A stretch of 64,000 bases of DNA from Octopus sinensis. Its lineage: Eukaryota. The stretch's first letter is position 1. Every line of letters starts with the position of its first letter. The stretch spans positions 9,548,001-9,612,000 of the forward strand of contig NC_043014.1 in the NCBI RefSeq assembly GCF_006345805.1, in the 5' to 3' direction. The position numbers and the translations under genes are program-made. This document shows, piece after piece, positions 12,131-28,645 of the stretch. Under the pieces are notes generated by a model that did not search any database, had not been told where the DNA came from, and saw nothing but the letters and a program-made list of their open reading frames with translations.

Positions 12131-13261
12131 CATGTTACCAACTGGGTCCAATGGGCCTAATATTTTTCTTTCAATTAGATTTTATTCAAACGGCCACTTT
12201 TTCTTAACTACTTTATACATGCTATCAGGTGAATGAAGAATTTCTGTATTTTTAATAAACATGAAACGATTTCGAAAAACTTGTAAGGAATATGTTAACA
12301 TACAGTAATGACACTGCGCTTTAGATAAAGCAGCAGAGATGCTGCATAATTTTCGAATGCATCAAGTGCGCATATGAAACATGACTATGGTGGTATAAAT
12401 AAAAACAACTGCCACGATGCCAAGCTAGTTGCAACTGTTAGTCTAACGTACTAGATAGAATGATAATTACTTCACTAATGCGGTGTGGAACTTCTGAAGT
12501 TCCTGTTAGTTACAATATATTTTAAATACAATGCAATTCGGTTGATAATGGATATTAAACGAGAATAGAATGTAGTATAAGAGATTCTGCTCAAATAATC
12601 AGTTACTAATATTGATTTCTTAACAGTGGTTCATGAAGATTATTATGAAGAATTAGTTTGGTTTGAATAGACTACTTGCAGGTGTTACATTGAGAGAATT
12701 ACCGAAACAGCGTGGTCTGCAATTTCGTAAATTGAATAGAGAGATCGCAGACTAATTATACTTGTTGCAGTACCTAAATTAAAATTCTTACCTCTCATAA
12801 TAATGATTAATTATTTTTCTCATCCAGACTTGGCCGTAGAAAAACAAAGAACAAATAAGAAAATGCAGAACATATTATGTGGTGAAATATTGCGGTAGCC
12901 GCGATAATAACAGGAGGAAAATATGATATTTTCTTGTTTTCTTTAGGACGGAATCAGGTTTGCAACGAAAATGGCGTCGGTGATGGCCATATAATAGTAA
13001 TGGATGAAATATCGCTTATTTTAAAGAGTTGTTTACTGATTTTATTTTATTGAGAATAATCTGCTATTCTATGATGAAGGTTACAAGGTTGTGGAGATTC
13101 AATAATTTGTTCCATACAAACAAGAAATAAAGTGTATCAAATACATGATATGATGTAACATATGATGTTGTATGATCAGCAGAATGTTTAACAATGAAAT
13201 TAGACGAAAGCGCATTCATTACACAAATGTTTTGTAGTCCGTAAAATTTATAGCATACGTA

Positions 13262-13534
13262 TACTCCTTTACTCCTTTACTCCTTTACTTTTTTCAGTCA
13301 TTTGACTGTGGCCATGCTGGAGCACCACCTTTAGTCGAGCAAATCGACCCCAGGACTTATTCTTGTAAGCCTAGTACTTATTCTATCGGTCTCTTTTGCC
13401 GAACCGCTAAGTTACGGGGATGTAAACACACCAGCATCGGTTTTCAGGAGATGTTGGGGGGGGGGGGACAAACACACACACACACATACATATATACGAC
13501 GGGCTTTTTTTAGTTTCCGTCTACCAAATCCACT
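13262..13534 (-). mobile_element. SINE family C, 3' part
   Basis: (tactcctt)n tail and body match family C; interrupted where the mariner begins. Confidence 0.88.
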
Positions 13535-13536
13535 TA

Positions 13537-14200
13537 TATGAGGGGATACCTAAAAGTAACCGGAACGAACCCCAGTTGGAGTGCAGGCCTCTACCGCTAG
13601 AAAGCCACTTGATGCGACTCTCAGGCATCAGACTACCGATCCGGTGTCGTGTTGCTACGTGATAGGTTTTTTTTTGCAATGCTTCTCTCCTGTCCGTCGA
13701 TTTTTGTGATTGCTGAAACGAAGGAACAGCGTCCTTCCGTAAAATTCTGTTTTCTGCTGGGAAACAGCGGCAAAAATATTGCCATGCTTCAGACAGCTTA
13801 AAATAACGCTGCCATGTTTACGAGTGGTTACACAAGTTTACGAATGGTTTCAACGCTTTAGGAATGGTCAATTGTCGCCAGAAGACCAACCTCGCTGACG
13901 ACGATGGTAAAACTTCTGAACGAATGAAAAGACCATGAAATTTCATGAATTGATCTTGGAGGATCGACACCGAACAAGGAACGAACTTTTTTATATGACT
14001 AGTGTGTCCTGGAGATCTGGCCAACGAAATTTCAACAAGGAATTGCGAACAAAAAGAGCTGCAGCAAAATGTGTCCCTCTCTTGTCAAAGAAGATCAAAA
14101 GCAGTCACGACTGAACGCGTATCGTGAATTGAAAAAACTGTTGGAACAGTTGACCCGCACCTTTTTCTCGAAGGTCACCACGGGTGACGAAAGCTGGTGT
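13537..14200 (+). mobile_element. Mariner transposon relic (left end and N-terminal transposase)
   Basis: TA|tatgagggg...aaaagtaaccggaa terminus; translates with frameshifts to EQRPSVKFCFLLG, QVYEWFQRF and KVTTGDESWC (first catalytic D motif). Confidence 0.88.
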
Positions 14201-14347
14201 TGCAGAGTTTGCAAATGTGGAATAGATGGTGAAGCAGAAAACACCTTATTTTTTAAGACAGAATACCCAATGTACGGACATGCTAACCTATCACTTAGGA
14301 TATCCCAGAAAAAAGGGTTCAGACTGACACACATCACCATATATATA

Positions 14348-14578
14348 TATTTCTTTACTACCCACAAGGGGCTAAACACATAGGGGACAAACAGGGACAG
14401 ACAAACGGATTAAGTCGATTATATCGATCCCAGTGCATAACTGGTACTTAATTTATCGACCCCGAAGGGATGAAAAGCAAAGTCGACCTTGGCGGATTTT
14501 GAACTTAGAACGTAACGGCAGACGAAATACGGCTACGCATTTCGTCCGGCGTGCTAACGATTCTGCCAGTCCGCCGCC
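14348..14578 (-). mobile_element. SINE family D, full length
   Basis: Family match; TSD atcaccatatatatatat at 14333-14350 and 14583-14600. Confidence 0.92.
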
Positions 14579-14699
14579 TTCAATCACCATATATATATAT
14601 ATATATACACACTTTACTCCACACAAAGACACATATGGAGACACGGATCCACGCACGTAAAGATGCACATCCATACATACAAACATGGTACATAGTTGC

Positions 14700-15528
14700 A
14701 TAACACACACATACATACACACACACAGACATGCACACACATGGAGACAGAGGTCCAAACATATACAAACACATGCTCACACACACACACACACACATAG
14801 AAAATACACAAACACAGACATGCAAGCACATAAATACGCAGGATACATATATACATATGCACACACATACATACATATATACACATACAAACATTCACAC
14901 ATACATACATATATACATATGCATACACACATATATATTCATACACACACATGCAAACATTCACACACACATACATACATATATACATATGCACACACAC
15001 ACACATATATACATACATACACATGCACACACATACATACGTATATACATATGCACACACACACACATATATACATACATACACATGCACACACAGACAT
15101 ACATATATACATATGCACACACACACACATATATACATACATACACATGCACACACATACATACATATATACATATGCACACACACACATATATACATAC
15201 ATACACATGCACACACATACATACATATATACATATGCATACACACACATATATACATACATACACATGCACACACAGACATACATACGTGGAAATTTTA
15301 CCGGTGAGTGTGTTAAATTATAAGGCACAGAAAGAAAATGACTCTCCCCAGATATAACAGTATATATATGTATATATATACATATATATACATATAATAC
15401 ATATATATACATATATATACATATATATATACATATATATATATATAACATATATATATATATATAACATATATATATTATATACATATATATATATTAT
15501 ACATATATATATATACATATATATATAC

Positions 15529-15577
<49 letters not shown>

Positions 15578-15709
15578 CATATATACATATATATATAATA
15601 TATATATTATATATACATATATATTACATATATATATATATACAATATATATATATATACATATATATATATACATTATATATATGGATATATATAATAT
15701 ATATATATA

Positions 15710-15766
<57 letters not shown>

Positions 15767-15895
15767 CATATATACATATATATATATATACATATATATT
15801 ATATATACATATATATATATATATACAAATATATATACACATATAATATATATATACATATATATATGTATATATATATATGTATATATATATTG

Positions 15896-15943
<48 letters not shown>

Positions 15944-15971
15944 ATATATATATATACATATATATATATAC

Positions 15972-16002
<31 letters not shown>

Positions 16003-16089
16003 CATATATATATATACATATATATATACATATATATATATACAATATATATACATATATATATATATATACATATATATATTATATAC

Positions 16090-16154
<65 letters not shown>

Positions 16155-16365
16155 CAAATATATATACACATATATATATATATAATATACATATATCTAT
16201 ACATCTATATATATATATACATATATATACATAGATATATATATATACATACATATATATATATATACATATATACACACACACATAATATATATATATA
16301 CGTGTATAAAAATATGTATGCATATATAAACATATATACACACAGGCACACGCACATACACACAC
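14700..16365. repeat. CA/TA-derived ~45-bp minisatellite followed by a long degenerate (TA)n
   Basis: Repeating acacatgcacacacatacatacatatatacatatgc units 14850-15290, then TA-rich 15360-16310. Confidence 0.95.
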
Positions 16366-16722
16366 GTATTTGTATAGTCTCAGTTATGGCTAACAGCGTC
16401 GAATTCTAAGGAGCAACGCAGGATTGTTCGAAGTAAACAATCTCCGTGCATTTCATCCGATGGGGGTATCAAGGTTTCGCTGAGATGGATCACAAATAGT
16501 TTATTGAGTGTATATCCAATACGATTCAAATAAATAAGGTGAATAATACACCTACGCAGTTTTTTATTCTTGCAGTCAATTACATAACATATTTAATTTA
16601 AATCTTCCCGACATATGTTTCTGCTGCATGGATACTTCGCAATGTGGTTTACATTTGCGTCCAGTTTGCTCCTCTCGTTAATGGTCTACGTATATCTAGT
16701 CAAGGTGTTGTCACTATTATAT

Positions 16723-16951
16723 ATTTCTTTACTACCCACAAGGAGCTAAACACAGAGAAGACAAACAAGGACAGACAAACGAATTAAGTCGATTACACCG
16801 ACCCCAGTGCATAACTTGTACTTAATTTATCGACCCCGAAAGGATGAAATCCAAAGTCGACCTCGGCTGAATTTGAACTCGGAACGTAACGACAAACGAA
16901 ATACGACTACGCATTTCGCCCGGCGTGCTAACGATCCTGCCGGCTCGCCGC
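16723..16951 (-). mobile_element. SINE family D
   Basis: Full family match. Confidence 0.9.
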
Positions 16952-17388
16952 ATTTGTTGTTATTATTATAGTCTGATTTCAATTAAATCTACAATACACC
17001 CCCACACACACCCCACACATATATACAGAGAAAGCAAGAGAAAGGCGGACAGTGAGGGAGAGAGAAAGAGAGATCATTTTTAATTAGTGTATTTCTAAAT
17101 AGTCGCCTCCAGCAACAGAGCATATTTCTCTTCTCTTTTAAGAGACAGCCAAAACATAGCGAACGCATTTACAAGTTAGAAGTATTTCATACTCAATATA
17201 TCTTCAGAAGAAAGTTTCTGTCAGCAGCTGAAATATGATTATGAACAGAGCCATTATCCAACGATTGAACACCTGTAACACTAAGTTCACAATCTGCTGA
17301 TAATATATGAGAAATATAGAATATGTAGTAACAAATACCCGAGTTTAGTATCGTCCGAGAAATCTTCGCTGGCTTGTTACACCAATAC

Positions 17389-17868
17389 CTATTTTTTACT
17401 ACCCACAAGGGGCTAAACACAGAGAGGACAAACAAGGACAGACAAACGGATTAAGTCGATTATATCGGCCCCAGTGCGTAACTGGTACTTATTTAATCGA
17501 CCTCGAAAGGATGAAAAGCAATGTCGACCTCGGCGGAATTTGTACTCACAACGTAACGGCAGACGAAATACCGCTAAGCAATTCGCCCGGCGTGCTAACG
17601 ATTCTGCCAGCTCGCGGCCTTTTGCTACACCAATACCTATTTCTTTATTACCCACAAGGGGCTAAACACAGAGGGGACAAACAAGGACAGACATAGGTAT
17701 TCAGTCGATTACGTCGACCCCAGTGCGTAACTGGTACTTAATTTATCGACCCCGAAAGGATGAAAGGCAATGTCGACCTCGGCGGAATTTGTACTCACAA
17801 CGTAACGGCAGACGAAATACCGCTAAGCATTTCGCCCGGCGTGCTAACGTTTCTGCCAGCTCGCCGCC
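17389..17868 (-). mobile_element. Two full SINE D copies in tandem separated by a target-site copy
   Basis: tacaccaatacc occurs at about 17378, 17626 and 17875. Confidence 0.9.
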
Positions 17869-18459
17869 TTTTGCTACACCAATACCAACAACTGTAGGAA
17901 CAACCTAGGCATTGAAGCACTAGCTTAAGTTCACTTTTTAAGTGGAACAAGTTCAGCATTTAAAGTAGCAGACACACATTTTACGTGTTTTATTTTGGGA
18001 GAAATATTTAAGGCAAACAGGCATAACACATTTACAATTAGAAATAGAAACTGAATCAGCATTAGAAATATAAAAAAAAAATAGGACGTGTTATCTGTGT
18101 AATATGTAGCCATTTTAACCAAACTTTTATAAGTCCCTTCTGTAACTTATTTTAGTGAATTTACTTGATGAACGAACATAAGTATTCAAATATTTATATC
18201 CTCATCTGTGTGTTGTGCCTTCGTGCCGTTTAGAATTCCAATTAACATTTTTCTCAAAAGTATATAATGGAATACCGATGTACGAAAGTGGCATAATACT
18301 AATACTAATACTAATACAGCGGTTAAAGAAAAAATAGGTATCGGATTCAACGCTGTTCCATTGATTCCAGCTCAAAATAATATATAGGACAATAACTTCA
18401 TTATTACAATATCTCTACTCGCGGGGTTTTCTGAAAATAGTGCAAAATGAAATCTAATA

Positions 18460-19860
<1,401 letters not shown>

Positions 19861-20182
19861 ATAGAAAAGCGTTTGAAAAAATTTAGCCAGCAAATGGTGT
19901 TTTGTTCTGTTTGGAGAGAGGAAGAAAGAGAGAGAATGAGAGAGACAGACAAACAGACCGGCCGACAAACAGACAGATTGACAGGCAGGCAGACAGATCA
20001 GAGTAAGGTTACTAAGTTAAATATGTGGCTTTATATAGCGATAAGTAAAATTATAGATAGACATTCACAAATGTATGGCTACGGAATGGCAACAACAATA
20101 TGCGCCATGACGGCTTTGTCCTGATGTTGGCACACGAATGGGTTTATTGTGTGTACATCATTGAAGTGTATATCATTGAAAA

Positions 20183-20523
20183 GTGAAGGCGCGTGGCTCA
20201 GTGGTTAGAGCGTCGAGCTTACGATCGTGAGGTTGTGAGCTCGAATCCCGGACCGGGCTGCGTGTTGTGTTCTTGAGCAAGACACTTTATTTCACGTTGC
20301 TGCAGTTCACTCAGCTGTAGAAATGAGCTGCGACGTCACAGGTGCCAAGCTGTATCGACCTTTGTCTTTCCCTTGGATAACACTGGTGGCGTGGAGAGGG
20401 GAGGCCGGTATGCATGGGCGACTGCTGATCTTCCATAAAAAACAACCTTGCCCAGACTTGTGCCCCAGAGAGTAACTCTCTAGGTGCAAACACATGGTGA
20501 GTGTCTGACCGAAGCGGGTCACC
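20183..20523 (+). mobile_element. SINE family B, full length
   Basis: Box A tggctcagtgg, box B-like gagctcgaatccc, CORE-like gtgttcttgagcaagacactt; TSD atcattgaa at 20172-20180 and 20524-20532. Confidence 0.92.
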
Positions 20524-20900
20524 ATCATTGAACTTAGATGTGCTGCCATTTTACAATATACATATATTTCGTATGTTTTATATTTTAATATCATATCATC
20601 ATCGTTGCAATCGTAAGAATTCAATTTCACGTTCGCGACTAACCATGTTCGCAATTTTGCATTTATGCTGGTGTTGCCGTGAGTAAATTTATCCAAGTTG
20701 ATGTGTATACATTTGTTTATAAGAGTGTGTGAGCATGCGTTTATGTATCTGCTTATGAGCTGTGATGTATACATGTAACTATTGCTGCATACATATAATC
20801 TTCACACAAGTGTCTTTTGTGTCTGTGTCTGAGTAACAGCATGTGAAGATTTTACAGGCTTTACTAAATGTTGTGTATATATATATATATATATATATAT

Positions 20901-21200
20901 CGTGGTACTCCGATCAACCGAACAACTTGCTCGTTAAATAACATGTAAGTGGCTAAGCATTCCACAGACAACTGTATTCTTAATGTAGTTCTTGGAGAGA
21001 TTCAGCATTACACAGAGTGTGACAAGGCTGGTCCTTTGAAATACAGATACAACAGAAACAGGAAGAAAGAGTGAGAGAAAGATGTGATGAAAGAATACAG
21101 CAGGTGTTATCGCTCAATAAACCCCTCACAACGCCTGGTGTGGAAATCGAAACCGCGATCCCACGACCGCGAATACGCTGCCCTAGCCACTGGGCCATTG
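20901..21200 (-). mobile_element. SINE family A, degenerate and internally deleted
   Basis: Matches the family A body and head. Confidence 0.85.
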
Positions 21201-21622
21201 AAACTCCATAAACACACACATGCACACGTACATATGTATATGTATATATATATACGTAAATGTCAACCAGTGAGAATGAGTGTTCAACACAGTTTCTTTA
21301 TTTGTGTATTAAGGATACCATTGGTTTCAAGTTAACAATTTTTCAAGGTGACCACATGGAGGGATGGTATCCGTCTCCATTTTGCATGTAAGCACCAAAT
21401 ATCTCGTGGAATGTCTCTGGAATTCACAGAAAGTTTCATAAAGAAAACAATAAATAAAGTGGCACTATCCTTGGATGAAAACCGTGCAGGATTTGGTTGA
21501 TCCGGGGCTGTAGTAGAGAACGCTTGCCCAAAGTTATACCCAGTGGGATGAATCTAGAGTGCAGTTGGGAAGCACTGTGATTAGATTAACGTGTGAGAGT
21601 CGTCACAGAGAGTTTATTGGAT

Positions 21623-21654
<32 letters not shown>

Positions 21655-21958
21655 AATCAGAAAAGAAACACTATTTACAAATTAAAAAAATGAAAAATTA
21701 CATTATACCATTTAGAAAAATTACTTATTATAGAAATATGAAATATAACAATGATTCAGTAATGTGCAAAAAAGTAAATAAAACGTATATATTCGGTTGA
21801 ATAACGACAAGTGTTACCTTCTAATTCTTTCTTTGTTCTAATTGTCTTTCTAATTTTTTTCTAATTTACATATATATATACATATATTTTGTAATTTGTG
21901 AAATTTGATTTAGTATTTCTAAACTGAATATTTCCCTGTAAGTTTGGAATACTATTCG

Positions 21959-22055
<97 letters not shown>

Positions 22056-22477
22056 TTCACAATTATTATTTGCAACATGAAACAAGCAGCTGCAGTCGTA
22101 TAACTAATCATGAAAGCAAAAATGGAATTGAAAGTGGTCGTTGAAATATATGCGTCTAATTAAGCATTATTCCAAAGTAGTAATCAATCCGACATCTGCA
22201 CTCATAAGAACGAATATAAATAGTTGTATAAAATCTTATGCTGCACAATGATCATGTTCATTCTAATTGATAAGTACGAATTAATTATAATTGGTACTTA
22301 TCATCTATACATACCAAAATATCAAATGTATGGAAAACGAACATTTCAGAAGCAGCATATCTTCTATGGAATATTTATTAAATCGCAATCATTTAATGAT
22401 GGTACTGCGACTGTAGGAGATAATGTGTGGGAGTGAGTGGAGACTAAATCGTATTTTCATATATATAAATATATATA

Positions 22478-22892
22478 TAGGCGTAGGAGTGGCTGTGTGG
22501 TAAGTAGCTTGCTAACCAACCACATGGTTCCGGGTTCAATCCCTCTGCGTGGCATCTTGGGCAAAAGTCTTCTGCTATAGCCCCGGGCCGACCAAAGCCT
22601 TGTGAGTGGATTTGGTAGACGGAAACAGAAAGAAGCCTGTTGTATATATGTATATGTATATATATGTATGTGTGTGTTTGTGTATCTGTGTTTGTTCTCC
22701 TAGCATTGCTTGACAACCGATACTGGTGTGTTTACGTCCCCGTCACTTAGCGGTTCGGCAAAAGCGACCGATAGAATAAGTACTGGGCTTTCAAAGTATT
22801 AGTCCCGGGGTCGATTTGCTCGACTAAAGGCGGTGCTCCAGCATGGCCGCAGTCAAATGACTGAAATAAGTAAAAGAGTGAAAGAGTAAAAG
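22478..22892 (+). mobile_element. SINE family C
   Basis: Full family match with tail. Confidence 0.92.
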
Positions 22893-22894
22893 AA

Positions 22895-23500
22895 TATCTT
22901 CAGAAAATCCTCCTTTTCCACTTCGGTTGTTTATTTCATCTTCTGTCCGTCGCCGTTTCTTTCTCACTATTTCCCAATCCCGTCCTTTTCCGCCACAGTC
23001 CTACAAGTAGCCTTGATAAGATTTTGTGTGATGTTTTTTTTTTGTTTCGATGTGTCTCAGTACATTATTGACTTTATTCGTCTGTTGATTTAGTCTCTTT
23101 TGGTTAGCCTTCTTAAAGCCGCACATAAATCCTGTCCATTCTGTAATCAATAGATCCAAAATTCTGTCTATTATTAATCGATATTCATTATTTGAGTAGC
23201 CGCTGATCTCAATTCTTTCACAATTCACGGTATTATATTCTTGCGAATAACTGTCCATCTCTTCCACTATACCACTTTAATTTCCCGCAATCCCAACCTC
23301 ACCCGATATCCTTCATTTAATAGCTTCTAGCAACAATTCTTTTAACCATCCATTCTTTCGTATTGCTCTTGCTTGGTCACATAATCCCTGTTCAGTAATT
23401 CCGTACAGTTCCATTGTTTTCCATTCACTGTGCATTCATTTTTCTGTACACTCTGACAGACACGCCATAACCAGAATGCTTACTTGTTTACTCCGCATAT
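22895..23500 (-). mobile_element. R4/Dong LINE N-terminal fragment
   Basis: Translates to GITEQGLCDQARAIRKNGWLKEL and GFKKANQKRLNQQTNKVNNVLRHIET. Confidence 0.7.
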
Positions 23501-23705
23501 GATTCACAGCATGGCTAGCAGATGCTGGATTACGACCGGGCCCATCCTGCTGCACAGTGGGCAGCTGCCGGGTGCGGTAACTTCACCATTGATTCCAGTC
23601 CCGTTCACAACCTTGTACTCATTTATTTTGTTTGGCATTTTCACTCACAAATGTGTGGCTTTCTTTTCATTAGGTTACTACCAACTGGTGTTTTTATCGA
23701 GATAC

Positions 23706-23740
<35 letters not shown>

Positions 23741-23742
23741 CA

Positions 23743-23955
23743 AGGCGGTGAGCTGGCAGAAATGTTAGCACGCCGGGCGAAATGCTTAGCTGTATTTCAT
23801 GTCTTTACGTTATGAGTACAAATTCCGCCGAGGTCGCCTTTGCCTTTCCTCGTTTCGTGGTCAATAAATTAAGCACCAGTTGCGTACTCTGTCGATTTAA
23901 TCGACTGTTCCCCAACACAAAAATTTCGGGCCTTGTGCCTAGAGTAGAAAAGGAT
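23743..23955 (+). mobile_element. SINE family D variant
   Basis: Family head and core, alternative 3' end; flanked by ATT runs. Confidence 0.85.
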
Positions 23956-23984
23956 TATTATCATTATTATTGTTGATATTATTT

Positions 23985-24485
23985 TTGAGTAAGAGATCAG
24001 TGCATGTCATCAATATGACACTCGGGTAAAATATACGAAGCCCAGTATACCCATCATGACTACCCGTCTGATAAGGGTATACCAGGCACATGCATCACAA
24101 CCATATGTGCAAGAGATAGTGATCTCATATCAAGATAAACAGTGCATAATCCTGCAAGTGGCGCCCAGGGGAAATTTTCTTCTGGTCGAGTAGCCCATCC
24201 CGCTCAAAAGATCCCTGAATAAGGATTGCTTAGGCATGTTTAACGAACCACCCATGTTTCCAAAGGTGAATTATTCAAACCCCAAAGAATTCATCTCAAC
24301 ATGATTATGATGCTCTTCCACTACTTCTGGTCTTGATCAGAGATGCACATATCGTCAGCCACTAAGGGACATGGTCACGGGTTAAAGTCAAACAACTGAC
24401 AAGCAAATCTGTGGTATTGAGTAGAATATTTGCTGTAGCCCATCTTTTATACCAAGACAATACAATGTACACGATAAAATTTGTT
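23985..24485. mobile_element. Family E repeat, second copy
   Basis: Homologous to 10890-11384; ATT runs on both sides. Confidence 0.8.
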
Positions 24486-24487
24486 AC

Positions 24488-24524
<37 letters not shown>

Positions 24525-26864
24525 GTTATTGTTATTATTAATATGGCGATAGTGACGAGGATGATGAAGATTTCTTTATTAACCACTAAGAGTTGACAAA
24601 AGGAATGAAGAAGGTATAGGATGATATATTGTAAGATAAATGTTGCTCTTTGCACGAAAGCTTATAAAGAATAAAATTACAAAGACAGCAAAAGAAGGAA
24701 AAAACTAAGAAACCAACATTTCTCAAAAGGGGGTAGACTTCTGAGTACTGTACGTGGAAATCCCGCTAAATCCTCTTTGTTTCGTCTATTAAGCTAAGTG
24801 TTCTCTCCTCACCCTCCCCTCTGCCTTTCCTCCCCATCATCCCTCAATATACTACTGCAGGCCTATTCACGCGGTTAATGCTTGGCATTTTGAGTCTCGT
24901 TTCCATAAATTTGCTGAAAGTCAGCGCCTCCTTCGCCATTCTCATTTTTTACCTTTTTAAATGAAAAATATTTATAAGGGCATGGCCAAAGACTAAAGCA
25001 TTTGTCAGCAGTCTTTTAAATCTTGTCCATCACATAAAAACCTCTGTTGCCAAAGGTTAGTGAAGTTCTGAACAATTGTCTAAGCTGATAAACGGACCCA
25101 TCCCATACACGACAGCAGGTGCTCAATATATATTGCGCGACCATTTCTATGTTTCCTGACCTCAGGTTACTTTGGATCTATCGCATAATGAGATAAAAAT
25201 CATCACTAATAGCTGTTGGCTAACGTCTTGTCCGATGCCTTTTAATATACTTGTACGTTATAATAGGCACGCATCACGATTTTAATCACTATTTTGATTG
25301 TATTTTCAGTTATAAACGTGCATCAGACCGTGTCGTGACGTTTGATTTTTCAACGGCGATAATTTATCATGGCAGCAGTACAACAATGACAAAGCTAGTT
25401 TTACTACATGAACTGGAAGAATGTTTTATCAACTTTCCCAAGATGAGCAGTATACATTGACTCTCTGTCTTACATGGTTTACTGCTTGTGAAAAAGCTGT
25501 ACCGCTTAGGTTTATCAAATTCCTACATGTCCTTCCTTTTATTTTAAATCGAATAGATCTAAATGTTCCGAGGGTTCACTTTCTAGAGAAGGCAAATTCG
25601 ATTTAACACACCTGCTATATCAACGGGTTAGTTAGAACTATTGGCTGGCTGTTCATATTCGTGGTAATTTCACAATGTACTTCAGGAATGGCTAAATTCT
25701 ACCGAATGTCTTCCTTTTCACTTTACAGAGAATTTTCGCCGACAGGAAATCACCCCGCCTTCCGACATTCTATATATTTGCTATGTTGTTGCTGCGAATA
25801 GGTAACTGGTCCAAATGCTACTTTTGCTTTCACTTCAGATGACACCGGCAGTAATCCCACTTATCAAGGAACTGGAACATTTGCTTTCCACGGCAACATT
25901 ACGTAAAGCACAAATCTAGCAGGAGTTGAAATTACCTTATCTGAAAGGTGAGATCACCTTATCGGAACAAAAACTCAGTTCCCAAATTGGAAATTACCAC
26001 CCGTCACCTTTGTACAAAATTCTCCAAATACGAGCGGTTTATCAATTGTTGACACGATATTCAGGTATCTACGAAGAGTGTTACAACACTCCTAGTACTT
26101 ATTTTATTCGTTTCATATCGCAAGAGTAGAGTCCAGAAAACAAGCTGCACTTCTATTTCAACGTGACATGCCCACGCATGCGTTCGTCAATCGGTTATAG
26201 CAATATCACTCGACAACGATTCACTGAGAGAGACATTGAGAGCATTGTTTCCTGATTTCAAAACAAATGTAAATAAATGTCTTCAAGTACTGGATTTTAT
26301 ATACGCTGTGTCATGCCGACGTTGTACAATACCTGACACCGAATATGTCATTTTACATTATTGACTGAAAATAAAAATAGATGTTGAAAATGGGAATATA
26401 CGGCATTAGGTGTAGATATAGAAAATACAATGTCGGCCTACGCATCTCATGGCAGGGAGAGAATAATGAGGAAAATAGGATATCTTGAAATACAAGCATA
26501 ATGAATTCAGTGGCGCTATGAATGACTTATTGTATATGGGAAGCAAAGCTACGTACGTCTTATGAATATATTAAGAAGCAGGCATGAATCCCACGAAACG
26601 GTCGAGTTATAGATGGAAAGCTGAATGAAATGAAAACGTGTATGACAGCTGAAATCTCATTATTTCATAAATTCTCATTTATGCATCTGTTTGAGACATA
26701 ACCCTCCGCAAGGAAACAGAGTAATGATGCGACAAGACATGCAATGGGGTTGCCAGAAGAAAGAAAAGCAAAAAGCAGAAAGACTAGAAAATGTGGGAAA
26801 TTTATTTCAGTGAACTGAGGTAAGCAGGAAGCAGAACTCTAACAAAAAGAAATAAAAATAGAAT

Positions 26865-27252
26865 GGGATGGAAGCACTCCGTCGGTTACGACAATGAGGG
26901 TTCCGGTTGATCTGAATCAACGGAACAGCCTGCTCGTGAAATTAACGTGTAAGTGGCTGAGCACTCCACAGACACGTGCATCCTTAACGTAGTTATCGGC
27001 GATATCCAGCGTGACGCAGAGAGTGACAAGGCCGGCCCCTTGAAATACAGGTTCAACAGAAACAGGAAGTAAGAGTGAGAGAAAGTTGTGGTGAAAGAGT
27101 ACGGCAGGGATCACCACCATCCCTGCCGGAGCGTCGTGGAGCTCTTAGGTGTTTTCGCTCAATGAACACTCACAACGCCCGGTCTGGGAATCGAAACCGC
27201 GATCCTATGACCGCGAGTCCGCTGCCCTAACCACTGGGCCATTGTGCCTCCA
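26865..27252 (-). mobile_element. SINE family A
   Basis: Near-identical to 28255-28645. Confidence 0.92.
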
Positions 27253-28254
27253 CCAAAAATAAAATCTTAAATGAAAAGAGTATATGAGGTGTTTTGAGAA
27301 ATTACTCATATCAACTGAGAAATCACTCCACATTGAAAATCACCGAGGACGAAAATTACTTCCCACCTACAAATATTGTGAAATAATGAAATTAGTTATC
27401 GAATCTTCAAAACGAGTAATACGAAATAAAAAAACATGTCGATTTGTCTTATGTAAAAGCTACATATTGTGTTGCTGGTATGCTTTATATGGTTTGTCAG
27501 AATACACAAGCGTAAAAAAAAATGTCGGATTAATACTTGAGCAAGGAACAAACAAAATGTGAAGTGTGTATCAAGAAATGAGAAATATTGGTAAAAGCAA
27601 ACCCTATTCGGTTCTTGGAAGATAAACAATCCACGAACGGGGAAAAAAATGGCGAAGAAAGGACAAATTACAAGACAAAAATAATAATAAATAATTGGAT
27701 TCTTTATTATTCTTCTTCAAAGGGTAATTCATATATGAAACATCTACGTATTAAGCTGTACAAAAAATAGGCTATCTTTATATAACAGAAGTCTATAGAT
27801 GAAAAATACAAAATTATGAATATCCTTGAAGTCACTAATGAAAGAAATGGAAGAAAAAAACTGCTAATGTAGCGCTGGGATACAGGATCAAGCGTTAAGG
27901 AATGAAAATATTGAAAGAAACCTGGAGTGTAATAAAAAGAAAATTATATTAATATATTCATACAGGAATGCTAAGAAGAAATGATCACACGAAAAAGGCA
28001 ATTGTGGATAACTTGGAAATATTTGTATAAAGAATGGATGTGATTGATGTATAAAACCAAATGTTTCTCTATTATTCATTTATTAATATATAAGAAGGTA
28101 ATATATTTAACTGACTAACTGAAAACCCTGTGCTTTTGCAAGCCGAAATCTCATTGCGAACTAAAGACGTACCTCACAAGATCCAATTATCATCTAACTC
28201 ACGTAGTTACGCATACAAAATGAAATAAGGAGGAATTTAATTATATCCGATGCC

Positions 28255-28645
28255 GTGGATGGATGGAAGCACTCCGTCGGTTACGACGATGAGGGTTCCG
28301 GTTGATCCGAATCGACGGAACAGCCTGCTCGTGAAATTAACGTGTAAGTGGCTGAGCACTCCACAGACACGTGTAGCCTTAACGTAGTTCTCGGGGATAT
28401 TCAGCGTGACACAGAGAGTGACAAGGCCGGCCCTTTGAAATACAGGTACAACAGAAACAGTAAGTAAGAGTGAGAGAAAGTTGTGGTGAAAGAGTACAGC
28501 AGGGATCACCACCATCCCTGCCGGAGCCTCGTGGAGCTTTAGGTGTTTTCGCTCAATAAACACTCACAACGCCCGGTCTGGGAATCGAAACCACGATCCT
28601 ACGACCGCGAGTCCGCTGCCCTAACCACTGGGCCATTGCGCCTCC
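28255..28645 (-). mobile_element. SINE family A, full length
   Basis: TSD tatccgatgcc at 28244-28254 and 28646-28656. Confidence 0.93.

Noticed and set aside
14580-16365. Long ORFs rich in Y/I/C/V/H/T (also 18740-20124, 31957-32644, 49803-51132, 56459-57223)
   Set aside because: They are translations of TA/CA/GAAA microsatellites, open in several frames and both strands.
20183-20257. tRNA genes at SINE heads
   Set aside because: Box A/B are present, but the cloverleaves are imperfect and continue into SINE bodies with TSDs.
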